Origin: Candidatus Levyibacteriota bacterium
Lineage (GTDB): Bacteria; Patescibacteriota; Microgenomatia; Levybacterales; UBA12049
Direction: 5' to 3'
Assembly (NCBI GenBank): GCA_027459745.1
Contig: DAIDHL010000002.1
Location: 125,656 to 189,655 of the forward strand
DNA: 64,000 bases
The notes beneath the pieces were generated by a model, which was not told the DNA's origin, searched no databases, and was given only the letters and a program-made list of their open reading frames with translations. Positions 38,265 to 48,086 of this stretch are shown here, one piece after another. A program made the translations under genes and the position numbers. Within the stretch, counting starts at the first letter, position 1, and each line of letters begins with the position of its first letter.

Positions 38265-38504
38265 CTATAGTATAGCAAGAGTTACAAGAAAAAGAAAAAT
38301 GGCGAATACTAACTGCACGATGCTCAAGATCTGAATAATTCGAGAAGAGTGAGCTGGCTGAATAAAGAATAATTTATTCAACGAGCTTACTTGATTTACG
38401 ACTATGATACTAAAGGCAATAAACAAAGCTTCCAAAATTAAGAAAGCAACTTTTAAAATTAGATTGCCGCCATTGGATTGAAAGAAAAAACTTAAATCTA
38501 TCAT
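38265..38504 (-). CDS. small 2-TM membrane protein, hypothetical
   Basis: 79-aa ORF, overlapping the upstream gene by 4 nt. Confidence 0.4.
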   Translation of the reverse strand: MIDLSFFFQSNGGNLILKVAFLILEALFIAFSIIVVNQVSSLNKLFFIQPAHSSRIIQILSIVQLVFAIFLFLVTLAIL

Positions 38505-39271
38505 TCGTTGAGTACCTCCCTGATTTGTAAGATAATATCAGTAACTTTTCCTGGTTCGGGGATTTTTACAAAATCAATTTTTGGATTAATGCCTTCAGTT
38601 TGCACTGACACTGTACCGTAATCAAAAAAAGTTTGAGAAAATCCTTGTTGAGAAAAATCGATATCTGCAACTTCTTGCAGAGGGGTAGTAGAAATATTTT
38701 TGTAAGTAACATCAGAAAACTGTACGCCGATAATGTGCTTATTGGTAACGATACCTACATTATAAAACCAGTACATAAAGCTAATAAAAGCATAGCTAAA
38801 AACTAGCAGATAGTAAAAATATAAAATGATAAAATTAGCCTGCGGGTTAAGCATAGCAAGAGATAGATTGACCATAGGAGCTAATATAACAAAAAGAATG
38901 GGCACGAATACCAAGAATATGGTTGCAAAGATCCAAAAGGTATTAGTGATAAAATCGGCGCGAAAGAATAGGATAACATTTTCATTGGGATCTTGATTAG
39001 CAAAGTTTACACCTTGGGGTTTGATGGATAAGGTAGAAAATAAATTCATTGCCGTCTGGGGCATATTAGCAATGTTTTGAGCAGCGATGGAGGCTTTCGT
39101 TAGAGGTCCGGCAGGAGTGGAGGAGGTGTTTGAAGGAGTAGGCGTACTCGTATTTTGTACTGCCGGAGTTGAGGTAGTGGAGGCAGTAGTTTTATTAGAG
39201 TTAGATTGGAATATGTCAGGCATATGATGTTGGTATCTATGCAATTGTTTTGTCCCAATTGACCATGGCAA
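38501..39271 (-). CDS. membrane protein with 2 TM helices and C-terminal bacterial PH-like (DUF304/bPH_2-type) domain
   Basis: S/T/P-rich N-terminus, a hairpin of two TM helices, and a C-terminal domain of about 90 aa with a bPH_2-like pattern. Confidence 0.45.
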   Translation of the reverse strand: MPWSIGTKQLHRYQHHMPDIFQSNSNKTTASTTSTPAVQNTSTPTPSNTSSTPAGPLTKASIAAQNIANMPQTAMNLFSTLSIKPQGVNFANQDPNENVILFFRADFITNTFWIFATIFLVFVPILFVILAPMVNLSLAMLNPQANFIILYFYYLLVFSYAFISFMYWFYNVGIVTNKHIIGVQFSDVTYKNISTTPLQEVADIDFSQQGFSQTFFDYGTVSVQTEGINPKIDFVKIPEPGKVTDIILQIREVLNE

Positions 39272-39331
39272 TTATACAGGATTTACTATGATATTTGAAG
39301 TAAAGAAGAGCTGTAGAGGCTAAGTTATATT

Positions 39332-41104
39332 TTAGGAGTGTTGTTCAATGTTGAATAAGGGGCCTACGATATTGATATTGGAAGGGGCACGTAAATTGAA
39401 GTAATTCTTAAAATCACTACCGCTGAATGTCTGTTGTCCACCGTCTCCGTTAACCGTGACACTGGTGGTAACACCATTACCGAAGTCGGCACTGACGGAA
39501 ACGCTAGAAATGTTTGTAAAGGATTTTATTCCACGGCTTTGTAATTCTTGTTGTACTTTGTTGGCATCCCAGGTATCTGTTCCGTCTGGATTAGGCTTAT
39601 CAGTTTGCGATAAATGAGTTTGTGTACTGCTGTCCGCTTTTGCAAGCAAAATTACATTTACGATATCCGCTAGCTCGCTTGGCTGCAACCAGGCGGTGTT
39701 GTTATATTGACTTCTGCCTCCCCAATCGCAGTAAAACCAGGGAGAATTTTTGTCATAGGCATTGTTTTGCAAGTCTGACCAATTATTAATTTGTCCAGAC
39801 GCATCTTGGGCATCTTTGGTGAAAGAAGTAGCTGACCAGCCAATAGAAGCTGAAGAATGTACATATCCGCCATGCGTTGAGGAGAACCAGGCTTTCACGA
39901 CTTGACCGCCTTGAACCATGACCTGGTTGGAGGTTTGACTAACAGCGGAATCCCAATTACCGCCCTTTGGATTTGTCTGAAAAACCTGACAATTTTGATT
40001 AGCGCAGATAGACATGGCACCATTATTAGTAGCAGCGACAGCATAGGAGCGGGCAGCAATTGCTTGGGCCTTGAGCGCCTCCATGGGCCAGCTATCAGGG
40101 ACTTCATAAATCCTTTTAACATAATCATCTAAGCTGCCGCTCCAGATAATATTACCCGTATTAAAACCATTGCCATCGTTTACGTTAATAGTAATATTCT
40201 CATTTTGATAACCATCAAAATTATAATATGCGTGTAAGATGGTATCGGAATTTTGCCCAGCCTGGGCTCTACCTAAGGCTCCATATTGATTCAAGCCTAC
40301 CCGATTAGGTACTCCATAAGTGAAAAAAGCAAATTTTGTCCCTCCAAAACCTGGGTCTTTGTAAGGATTAATATCGCTTGAACAACCTCCTTGGGTGTTA
40401 TAGGCATACAAAGGAATATCCAAACTGGCTAACTTTGCCGCTAATAACTGCTGTTGTTTAGCTGTCAGTGAAGCAATCTGGTTGTTTAAGTTAGCCTGAT
40501 AAGCCTGTGCGCCGGCAATGACTTGATTCAATTTAGCAGTTTGTGCATCCAAATTGGCTTTGGTAGCAATTAATTGAGTTTCTTCTGTGTTGAGTTCCTG
40601 TCTTTGCTGTTGCAGGTCGGTGATAGCCAATACTAAATTGGTAATAATAGATTTATCTTGATCTTGAGTAGCTTTCTGGTAAGCTAACTGCTGGGTCATA
40701 TTACTAGCAGTATTGCTGGACAGCAAGATTAATAAAGGTGAATTACTATAACTTTTGATATATAAATCGCGTACAGTCGCATTTAAGATTTGTTCTTTAG
40801 TGGTTAGATCAGCAAAGCCTTTATCGATTTGTTGCTTTTTGATAACTAAATCCTGCTCTATAGTTGCCACATTTTGTTTAATCTGTTCAACCTGAGCTTG
40901 CATTGATGAGACTTGAGATTGGAGAGGTTTTGTGGCGGCAATAGATTGATTCAAGGCGTTAGTGAGGTCAGAGATCTGTTTATTAACACAATCGAGATTA
41001 TCTCCGCAGTCGACTGGTTGGGAATCAGCATAAAGTGTTTGTCCCCACATAAGAAAAAATATGCCGACAAACAATGTTAAAAAAAATATGAGCAGTGCTT
41101 TCAT
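39332..41104 (-). CDS. SpoIID/LytB-domain protein with a long N-terminal coiled-coil region
   Basis: Signal/TM, then about 230 aa of heptad-rich coiled coil. The SpoIID/LytB signature EALKAQAIAARSYA lies in the C-terminal domain. Confidence 0.65.
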   Translation of the reverse strand: MKALLIFFLTLFVGIFFLMWGQTLYADSQPVDCGDNLDCVNKQISDLTNALNQSIAATKPLQSQVSSMQAQVEQIKQNVATIEQDLVIKKQQIDKGFADLTTKEQILNATVRDLYIKSYSNSPLLILLSSNTASNMTQQLAYQKATQDQDKSIITNLVLAITDLQQQRQELNTEETQLIATKANLDAQTAKLNQVIAGAQAYQANLNNQIASLTAKQQQLLAAKLASLDIPLYAYNTQGGCSSDINPYKDPGFGGTKFAFFTYGVPNRVGLNQYGALGRAQAGQNSDTILHAYYNFDGYQNENITINVNDGNGFNTGNIIWSGSLDDYVKRIYEVPDSWPMEALKAQAIAARSYAVAATNNGAMSICANQNCQVFQTNPKGGNWDSAVSQTSNQVMVQGGQVVKAWFSSTHGGYVHSSASIGWSATSFTKDAQDASGQINNWSDLQNNAYDKNSPWFYCDWGGRSQYNNTAWLQPSELADIVNVILLAKADSSTQTHLSQTDKPNPDGTDTWDANKVQQELQSRGIKSFTNISSVSVSADFGNGVTTSVTVNGDGGQQTFSGSDFKNYFNLRAPSNINIVGPLFNIEQHS

Positions 41105-41198
41105 GGACTCTTTTTATTATAGCAAATGCTAACATTCTGATAAGTTTGCAATTTGAGCGTAGTATGCTAAACTTAAGATGCCTGCCTAAGCATAAATT

Positions 41199-41768
41199 AT
41201 GACTTGGCAGAAGAGATATTATATGAAAGATGAAGGAGATTTATTTGCGGTAGATGAAACTCCATCTAATAAGCCTAAAATAATCGCTTTTATAGTGGTA
41301 TTTCTGTTGCTAATGGTGGCTTTAGGCTTTGCTGCTAATTATTTCTTAAACAAAAAATCTATTTTCAATAAACAGATAGTTATTACTCCTACAGCGACGC
41401 AAGCGCCAATTCAAACCCCCACTATTGTTGCCAGTAGTTCTGCAAGTGTTACACCTACTGGCAAGATTACACCTAGTCCTAGTATCTCCAAATCCTCCAT
41501 TACTATTCAGGTGTTAAATGGTAGTGGTGCTGCCGGAGTGGCAGGTAAAATGGCTGCCTCTCTCAAGGATTTAGGTTACACTGTAAGTAGTACAGGTAAT
41601 GCCCAGTCATTTGATTATTCTAATATTGTAATTGAAGTTAAAAAATCAGAACCAAATGTATTGTCCGAATTAAAAATTGATCTAAGTAAAGATTATACTC
41701 TAGGAACTGCTTCAGCTACCTTAAGTTCTGCTAGTAGCACAGATGCAATTGTTATCGTGGGTAAATAG
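41199..41768 (+). CDS. LytR_C (LytR/CpsA/Psr C-terminal) domain membrane protein
   Basis: N-terminal TM, T/S-rich linker, and the LytR_C pattern IQVLNGSGAAGVAGKMAASLKDLGY. Confidence 0.55.
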   Translation: MTWQKRYYMKDEGDLFAVDETPSNKPKIIAFIVVFLLLMVALGFAANYFLNKKSIFNKQIVITPTATQAPIQTPTIVASSSASVTPTGKITPSPSISKSSITIQVLNGSGAAGVAGKMAASLKDLGYTVSSTGNAQSFDYSNIVIEVKKSEPNVLSELKIDLSKDYTLGTASATLSSASSTDAIVIVGK

Positions 41769-41837
41769 GTGACTACTATTGACATGTCTAATAAAAATGA
41801 GTATGGTGAGAAGAAGAGTTAGTTGGCTAGATATATT

Positions 41838-42320
41838 ATGAGTACGCCAAACTTACGTCCACAAATTTTCCTCGGAGCGGATCACCGTGGTTTCAAACTG
41901 GCTGAAGCATTGATGGTCTGGGCAAAAGATAATGATTTACCTATTTTTCATTTAGGAGCGCTATCACTAGACCCAGAAGATGATTATGTGGATTATGCGG
42001 TGGCAGTAGCCAATAGGGTACGCGATGAGATTGAATCACAACGTCCAGCTTTAGGTATCTTGGTTTGCGGGAGCGGAGTAGGGGTTGATATTGTGGCTAA
42101 CAAAACCTTGCATATACGTTCATGTTTAGGTTTCAGCGAAGATCAAGTACGTAGAGCCCGCAGCGATGATGACGTTAACGTGTTATCTTTGGGCGCAGAT
42201 TATATAGATATTGAATTGGCAAAAAAACTTGTAATGCTTTTTTTAAGTACCCCTTTTAATACCCAAGAAGAAAGATATGGCAGGAGACTAAGAAAGATAG
42301 AAGATTTATCTGTCTTATAA
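41838..42320 (+). CDS. rpiB: ribose-5-phosphate isomerase B
   Basis: IFLGADHRGF and GILVCGSGVGVDIVANK motifs of RpiB/LacAB. The track start at 41823 is a TTG; the first ATG is at 41838. Confidence 0.8.
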   Translation: MSTPNLRPQIFLGADHRGFKLAEALMVWAKDNDLPIFHLGALSLDPEDDYVDYAVAVANRVRDEIESQRPALGILVCGSGVGVDIVANKTLHIRSCLGFSEDQVRRARSDDDVNVLSLGADYIDIELAKKLVMLFLSTPFNTQEERYGRRLRKIEDLSVL

Positions 42321-42331
42321 CTTCTTTAAAT

Positions 42332-43003
42332 ATGAATGAAAACGCTCTAATTAATGAAATTATTCCTGGTGTTTTAGAGACTGAGTGGCAAGAAATAGAG
42401 AAGAAACTTGAACTACTCAAACCTGTTGCCAAAACGGTACATATCGATCTGATCGATGATAAATTTGCTCATAACCAAACTTTTTTTGATCCTCAGCCAT
42501 TTAAAAAATATGCAGATTACTTTTTTTTGGAGTTACATATGATGGTGGATGATCCTTTAAAATATATCAAGAGCTGGTCAGAAGTAGGTTTTAAACGTTT
42601 TATAGGACAGATTGAACGTATGCCTGACCCTGTTAAGTTTATTGCCGATAGTCAATTGGTGGGTGAAGTTGGCTTGGCTTTGGATACTCAGACTTCTGTA
42701 GAGCAGTTCAAAAACTTAAACATAGATACTCTTGATTTGGATTGTATATTAGTTATGACAGTAAAGGCAGGCTTTTCTGGTCAGCAATTTATGCCAGAAA
42801 TGTTAGATAAAGTGAAAGATTTACGTGCTTTGAGCGATACATTATGTATTGAAGTGGATGGAGGGTTAAATGAACAAACTATAAGGGCAGTTTGGGAAGC
42901 AGGTGCAAATAGATTTGTTACGACCAGTAGTCTATTTGAAGCTGAGGACATAAAAAAACAATTTATTACACTTCAAAAAAAGATTACAACTCAGAATGGA
43001 TAA
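42332..43003 (+). CDS. rpe: ribulose-phosphate 3-epimerase
   Basis: HIDLIDDKF, HMMVDDP, and VDGGLN motifs of Rpe. Confidence 0.8.
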   Translation: MNENALINEIIPGVLETEWQEIEKKLELLKPVAKTVHIDLIDDKFAHNQTFFDPQPFKKYADYFFLELHMMVDDPLKYIKSWSEVGFKRFIGQIERMPDPVKFIADSQLVGEVGLALDTQTSVEQFKNLNIDTLDLDCILVMTVKAGFSGQQFMPEMLDKVKDLRALSDTLCIEVDGGLNEQTIRAVWEAGANRFVTTSSLFEAEDIKKQFITLQKKITTQNG

Positions 43004-43427
43004 ACGAATATTAGACGTTCTCCAAAGCCAGCATTTATGTACGATATCCACTGTTAACCAGGAGGATAAATCCGAATCTGCTTTGATTGGATTTGCTGAA
43101 ATGCCAAATTTATCATTAATATTTGGAACAGCTAGCACTTCGCGAAAATACCATAACTTAAGGCAAAATACTTCTGTAGCCTTGGTATTTAATTTGATTA
43201 ATGGACAACAAAAATTAAGTATTCAATATGAAGGCACAGCTGAACAATTAACAGGAGATGAGTTAGTTAAACTTAAAGAGATATTTTTTGCCAAAAACCC
43301 ACAGGCTAAAAGTTATGATTTAGATCCGCATCAGGTTTTCTTTAAAGTTACTCCAATCTGGATACGTTATTCCGATTATTCTGTTAATCCACATGAAATA
43401 TTTGAATTAGCTGCCTTTAGTGATTAG
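42996..43427 (+). CDS. pyridoxamine 5'-phosphate oxidase-like FMN-binding split-barrel protein
   Basis: 143 aa, PNPOx-like family pattern. Overlaps rpe by 8 nt. Confidence 0.5.
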   Translation: MDKRILDVLQSQHLCTISTVNQEDKSESALIGFAEMPNLSLIFGTASTSRKYHNLRQNTSVALVFNLINGQQKLSIQYEGTAEQLTGDELVKLKEIFFAKNPQAKSYDLDPHQVFFKVTPIWIRYSDYSVNPHEIFELAAFSD

Positions 43428-45720
43428 GGGTCGGCGTTGGCGTACCTGAAGGATAAGGAATATAATTACAATTAACGCTATTTTCTGTACCTCTGACAAA
43501 AAATTCAGGTTTTCCATAACAAGTTTTTTGTATAACATCTGCAGGTATAGTCGGCAATGGATTGGGTTTACCTTGTAATAGATTGGTCATAATTTGATGC
43601 CAAATAGGTGCTGCGCCTGTAATGCCTGATACTAATCCATTATTCATGGGAGAATTATTATTGTTTCCGACCCAGGTTATGACTACATCACTAGGAGTAT
43701 AACCATCAGTCCAGTTATCCCTGATATCATTAGTTGTTCCAGTTTTTACTGGCACATAATATCCAGGTATATATAGAGGAGAATTGGGGCCGAATTCCAT
43801 AGAACGGGCATTGTTATCAGCTAGTATGTTGCCAATAATAAAAGCAATGCCAGGATCTAATACAGTTCTTTTACTTATGGTTGCTGAGTTTTTTTGTTCT
43901 ATGACGTTACCTTTAGAGTCAGTGATTTCTAAGATGGGATTCAGACCTACTTCGGTCCCCTCATTGGCTAAAGTGCCATATACTCTGGCCATATCCAGCA
44001 TGGTGACATCAGCAGAACCTAAAGTTAAAGATAATCCATACTGACTTGGATCACCCCAACTATGAATCCCCATTTTTTTGGCCATATCGACCATGTTAGA
44101 TACACCAGTATACTGATTTAAAACTTTAACAGCAGGAATATTTAGTGAATTGGCCAAGGCAGTACGCACTGTCACAGGTCCATGAAATCTGCCGTCGTAA
44201 TTAACTGGTGTGTAAGAATTTCCCCATTGATCAGTAAAGGTAATAGGAACGTCATTTATTATGCTGGCAGCTGTCAGACCGCGTTCGAAGGCCGCACTAT
44301 AATTCACTACTTTAATTGATGATCCGGGTTGACGCAGAGAAGTCGTTAAATTTACATTCCCCCCATTGGGATCGTTAAAATCATGACTCCCCACCATGGC
44401 TAAAATATCTCCAGTACTTGGATTAGTAATCAATGCCGCTCCATTGGTCAAGTTTAAATAATTATCTCTATCTACTTCACTACTCACGACGTCTTGAGCC
44501 ATATTTTGTGTGTTTAAATCTAAAGTTGTGCGTACGATGAGTCCTCCTTTTTCAACTTCGGCTACTCCGTACTTTTGTTCCAGCAAATTGATCACATAAT
44601 TGACAAAATGAGGGGCAAGATAAGGTTCTTTTTGCGGCTCAAAGGTTAGTGTTTCTTTGGCTGCGGCGTCTGCTTGTTGCTGGGTGATAAATTTAGCAAT
44701 TACCATTTGTTGCAAAACCTCTAGCTGCCTTTTTTTCCAGATAGTTGGATAGGGTCCATATGGTGAATAAGTAGATGGTGAAGATGTTAAACCAGCTAAA
44801 AAAGCACACTGTGCCAAGTCTAAATTCTGAACATGTTTATTAAAATATAATTCACTTGCCGCTTCAATACCCCAGGCTGTTCCGCCATATGGTACTTGGT
44901 TAAGATACATCTCTAGAATTTGGTTTTTAGTATAGATTCTTTCAGCCCAAAAGGCTAAGATTACCTCCTTAAATTTACGATAAAGAGTTTGCTTAGGAGT
45001 AAGTAGAGAGGATTTTATTAATTGCTGGGTTATAGTTGATCCACCCTCTAATGGCTTGCCGCTTAAATCGTTAATAGCAGCCCGTAAAATAGACATAACA
45101 TCAAAACCAGGATGAGTATAAAAAGTCTTATCTTCAATGGCGATAGTTGCATGTTGTAGACTGAGCGGTACATCCTTAAGAGGAACTAAGGTACGATTTT
45201 GTTGAGCATAAAGTTGATATAGTAAATGTCCATTACGATCGTATATTTTTGTGGTTTGGGGTATGGGATTGAGAGTTAATTCATTGGGATTAGGCAGATC
45301 TTGAATAAATACAATAGCCACTAAAGGTAAAAAAATAAAAAAGAAAGAAAAAATACAACCGGCGATAACATATTTTAATTTAGCTAAGAACGAAATATAA
45401 ATAGGACGCTTCTTACGTTGTTTACCAACCTTTTTTTCATATTGACGATAGTTAAATACAGTAGCTTTATGCTTTTTCTTAAAAATACTTTTTCTGCCTT
45501 TATTCATTAGATACTGAATATTTCTGGTTAACAGGTTAGCCGTAGAAGATAAGGCTTTGATTACTTGTCGAACTAACTTAACTAAGATTAAAAACAGCCA
45601 AATAACTGTATCGCCAATAAAAATTAAAGTTGCAGGGATTAACTGCAAGACGTGATATAAAAACACAAAAAATAACTCAGCATTTTTATGCCGCTTTTGA
45701 GAACGGTTAGACTTTTTCAT
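43417..45720 (-). CDS. class A penicillin-binding protein (PBP1A-type, bifunctional glycosyltransferase/transpeptidase), paralog 1
   Basis: GT51 motifs (IAIEDKTFYTHPGFD, GGSTITQQL), transpeptidase SxxK (GSSIK), and KTGT. N-terminal TM. C-terminal PTPTPTP tail. Confidence 0.9.
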   Translation of the reverse strand: MKKSNRSQKRHKNAELFFVFLYHVLQLIPATLIFIGDTVIWLFLILVKLVRQVIKALSSTANLLTRNIQYLMNKGRKSIFKKKHKATVFNYRQYEKKVGKQRKKRPIYISFLAKLKYVIAGCIFSFFFIFLPLVAIVFIQDLPNPNELTLNPIPQTTKIYDRNGHLLYQLYAQQNRTLVPLKDVPLSLQHATIAIEDKTFYTHPGFDVMSILRAAINDLSGKPLEGGSTITQQLIKSSLLTPKQTLYRKFKEVILAFWAERIYTKNQILEMYLNQVPYGGTAWGIEAASELYFNKHVQNLDLAQCAFLAGLTSSPSTYSPYGPYPTIWKKRQLEVLQQMVIAKFITQQQADAAAKETLTFEPQKEPYLAPHFVNYVINLLEQKYGVAEVEKGGLIVRTTLDLNTQNMAQDVVSSEVDRDNYLNLTNGAALITNPSTGDILAMVGSHDFNDPNGGNVNLTTSLRQPGSSIKVVNYSAAFERGLTAASIINDVPITFTDQWGNSYTPVNYDGRFHGPVTVRTALANSLNIPAVKVLNQYTGVSNMVDMAKKMGIHSWGDPSQYGLSLTLGSADVTMLDMARVYGTLANEGTEVGLNPILEITDSKGNVIEQKNSATISKRTVLDPGIAFIIGNILADNNARSMEFGPNSPLYIPGYYVPVKTGTTNDIRDNWTDGYTPSDVVITWVGNNNNSPMNNGLVSGITGAAPIWHQIMTNLLQGKPNPLPTIPADVIQKTCYGKPEFFVRGTENSVNCNYIPYPSGTPTPTPNH

Positions 45721-45846
45721 ATTTGGAAATTGGTTCCGGCAGGGGATTTCGTTTAGAATTATACAAAAAACAAGGCTAAATTGAAAGAGTAAAATCTACT
45801 TTAATGTATTTTAAGAACAAATTTTATGTTCATTTATGTATTTAAT

Positions 45847-48027
45847 TTAGGGGGTAGGCGTTGGGGTAGGAGAAGGATGAGGACAGTCAAGGCAATATTT
45901 GTCACCTGTAGGATCCGTAATGACCACATGCGGTTTTAACTCAAGATTATTCGTTTGTCCCTGTGCTGGTAAATCTTGGGTGGTCTTATCAACCCATACA
46001 TTTTGTTGTCCTGGGTCTGTTTGGGTAGGTGCGGTGCCTTTAAGGAAATATTCATAGCGTGAGCTACAAGTAGGATCAGGGTGAGCTGGAACAAGTAATC
46101 CAGATGGATTGCAAATAATTTTACCTATGACATTGTCCGGCATAGCAGGTGGAACGGCTTTTTTGCCATCTAATAGATGACTCATTAAGGAGTGCCAGAT
46201 AGGGGCTGCACCGGTGATTCCGGAGGCAATACTACTCATCGGTGTATGGTTATTATTACCTACCCATACTGCTACAACATAGGCTGGAGAGGTAGTATAT
46301 CCTATGGTCCAGTTATCGCGAAAACTGTTGGTCGTACCCGTTTTAGCAGCTACAGCCTGTCCAGGGATTAGCAGTGATGAATCAGAACCAAAATCAATAT
46401 AACGGGCGCTGTTATCCATGAGCATTTGTGTCATGATATAGCTAACTCCAGAAGGTAGAACGTGAGTACCAAAAATGGGGCTGGAAGGCGGGTTGTATTG
46501 CTCCAGGACTTTACCGGTAGAGTCTGTAACCTTAAGTATAGGATGCAAATTAATACGATATCCTTGGTTAGCTAATACACCATATACAGTAGCCATATCG
46601 GTCATTTTTACCTCTGCACTTCCTAATGTCAGTGATAAGCCATAAATACTCGGATCATTAAAGGTAGTAATACCTAGAGCAGAAGCAGTAGCTAGGAAGT
46701 CGGGAATTGTGTCTAGTTTTAACATTTTTATAGCCGGAATATTGAATGAATTGCCTAAGGCATAACGCATTTGTACCGCTCCATGCCACTTATTGTCGTA
46801 ATTATGTGGGCAGTAAGGAGGATTACCAGGAAAACAGGTAGCATCATCGATAAACGGAGTGGCAGCTGTATAGCCTTTAGTTAGTCCCAGAGAGTAAGTT
46901 ATGGGCTTAATAGACGATCCAGGTTGTAACAGAGCGGTAGTCATGTTGACATTTCCATAGCCTGGGGTGCTGTAACCGATGCTACCTACCATAGCTAAAA
47001 TTTCCCCTGTGTTAGGATCAGTTATTAAGGCAGCTCCATTCGTAACATGATCAGGAATCATAATTCTATTGATCTCGGCTGCCACAGTTGCTTGTGCATA
47101 ATTTTGTAAATCTAAATCCAGTGAGGTTACGACTTTAAGTCCACCCTGTTCCACGGTCTGTACTCCGTATTTTTGCTCCAAAAGATTTTTGATGTAGAAA
47201 ACGAAGTGAGGGGCTAAGATATTGTCTGAGATTTTTTTAAATTTCAATTGTTCATTTTCTGCCTGTGTTAACTGCTGCTTATTTATGTATTTTTGACTGT
47301 ACATCGCATTAAGAACTTCAACTTGTCTTTGTTTGCCTAAGGTAGGATCACTACCATAAGGAGAATATTCACTAGGTGCTTGAGGTAATCCAGCTAAAAA
47401 TGCAGCTTGAGCTAAATCTAAATTTTGTACATTTTTACCAAAGTATGTTTGACTGGCAGCTTCAACTCCATAAGCTGTACCTCCATAAGGAATTTGGTTT
47501 AAATACATTTCTAAAATTTTATTTTTGGGATAAACTGCTTCAGTCAAAAAAGCCAGGATGACTTCCTTAACTTTACGTTGGATAGTACGATCTGGAGTCA
47601 ATAAGGAATTTTTAACTAATTGCTGTGTCAAAGTAGATCCGCCTTGTAGGTTCTGATGTGATAAATCAGCCAACATAGCTCTAGCAATACCGGTGAAGTC
47701 AATAGCACCGTGGGTATAAAAATACCTATCCTCAATAGCGATTGTGGCCTCCTGCATATAGGAGGGAATCTGAGAAAGCGGCACAAAAGATTGGTTTCTG
47801 TTAGCATAAATTGTATAAAGCAACTTGCCGTTGCGGTCGAATATTTGGGTTGATTGTGGATAGGAGGTCGAGCTTAGTTCGCTAGGCGAAGGAAGATCAT
47901 GCAAGATGTATTGATAGAATAAGCCCGCGCCGACTATAATAACTATCAAGACCAGGAGCCAACGGAGCTTAAGAAAGCGTTTGGTTTTTTTATTAACTAA
48001 TTTTGTAATGAGAGTCTTTTTTACCAT
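45847..48027 (-). CDS. class A penicillin-binding protein (PBP1A-type), paralog 2
   Basis: Same motif set (IAIEDRYFYTH, GGSTLTQQL, GSSIK, KTGT). About 60-65% identical to paralog 1 over the GT domain by eye. C-terminal PSPTPTPTP tail. Confidence 0.9.
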   Translation of the reverse strand: MVKKTLITKLVNKKTKRFLKLRWLLVLIVIIVGAGLFYQYILHDLPSPSELSSTSYPQSTQIFDRNGKLLYTIYANRNQSFVPLSQIPSYMQEATIAIEDRYFYTHGAIDFTGIARAMLADLSHQNLQGGSTLTQQLVKNSLLTPDRTIQRKVKEVILAFLTEAVYPKNKILEMYLNQIPYGGTAYGVEAASQTYFGKNVQNLDLAQAAFLAGLPQAPSEYSPYGSDPTLGKQRQVEVLNAMYSQKYINKQQLTQAENEQLKFKKISDNILAPHFVFYIKNLLEQKYGVQTVEQGGLKVVTSLDLDLQNYAQATVAAEINRIMIPDHVTNGAALITDPNTGEILAMVGSIGYSTPGYGNVNMTTALLQPGSSIKPITYSLGLTKGYTAATPFIDDATCFPGNPPYCPHNYDNKWHGAVQMRYALGNSFNIPAIKMLKLDTIPDFLATASALGITTFNDPSIYGLSLTLGSAEVKMTDMATVYGVLANQGYRINLHPILKVTDSTGKVLEQYNPPSSPIFGTHVLPSGVSYIMTQMLMDNSARYIDFGSDSSLLIPGQAVAAKTGTTNSFRDNWTIGYTTSPAYVVAVWVGNNNHTPMSSIASGITGAAPIWHSLMSHLLDGKKAVPPAMPDNVIGKIICNPSGLLVPAHPDPTCSSRYEYFLKGTAPTQTDPGQQNVWVDKTTQDLPAQGQTNNLELKPHVVITDPTGDKYCLDCPHPSPTPTPTP

Positions 48028-48086
48028 ATACTTAAATGATAGCTATTATTATTTATGAGCACTAGTTAGTGACTCATTACCATTAT

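Noticed and set aside
44950-48027. Possibility that the two PBP1A genes are an assembly duplication
   Set aside because: The two genes differ at many positions throughout at both protein and nucleotide level, and have different lengths and N-termini. They are a genuine diverged paralog pair.
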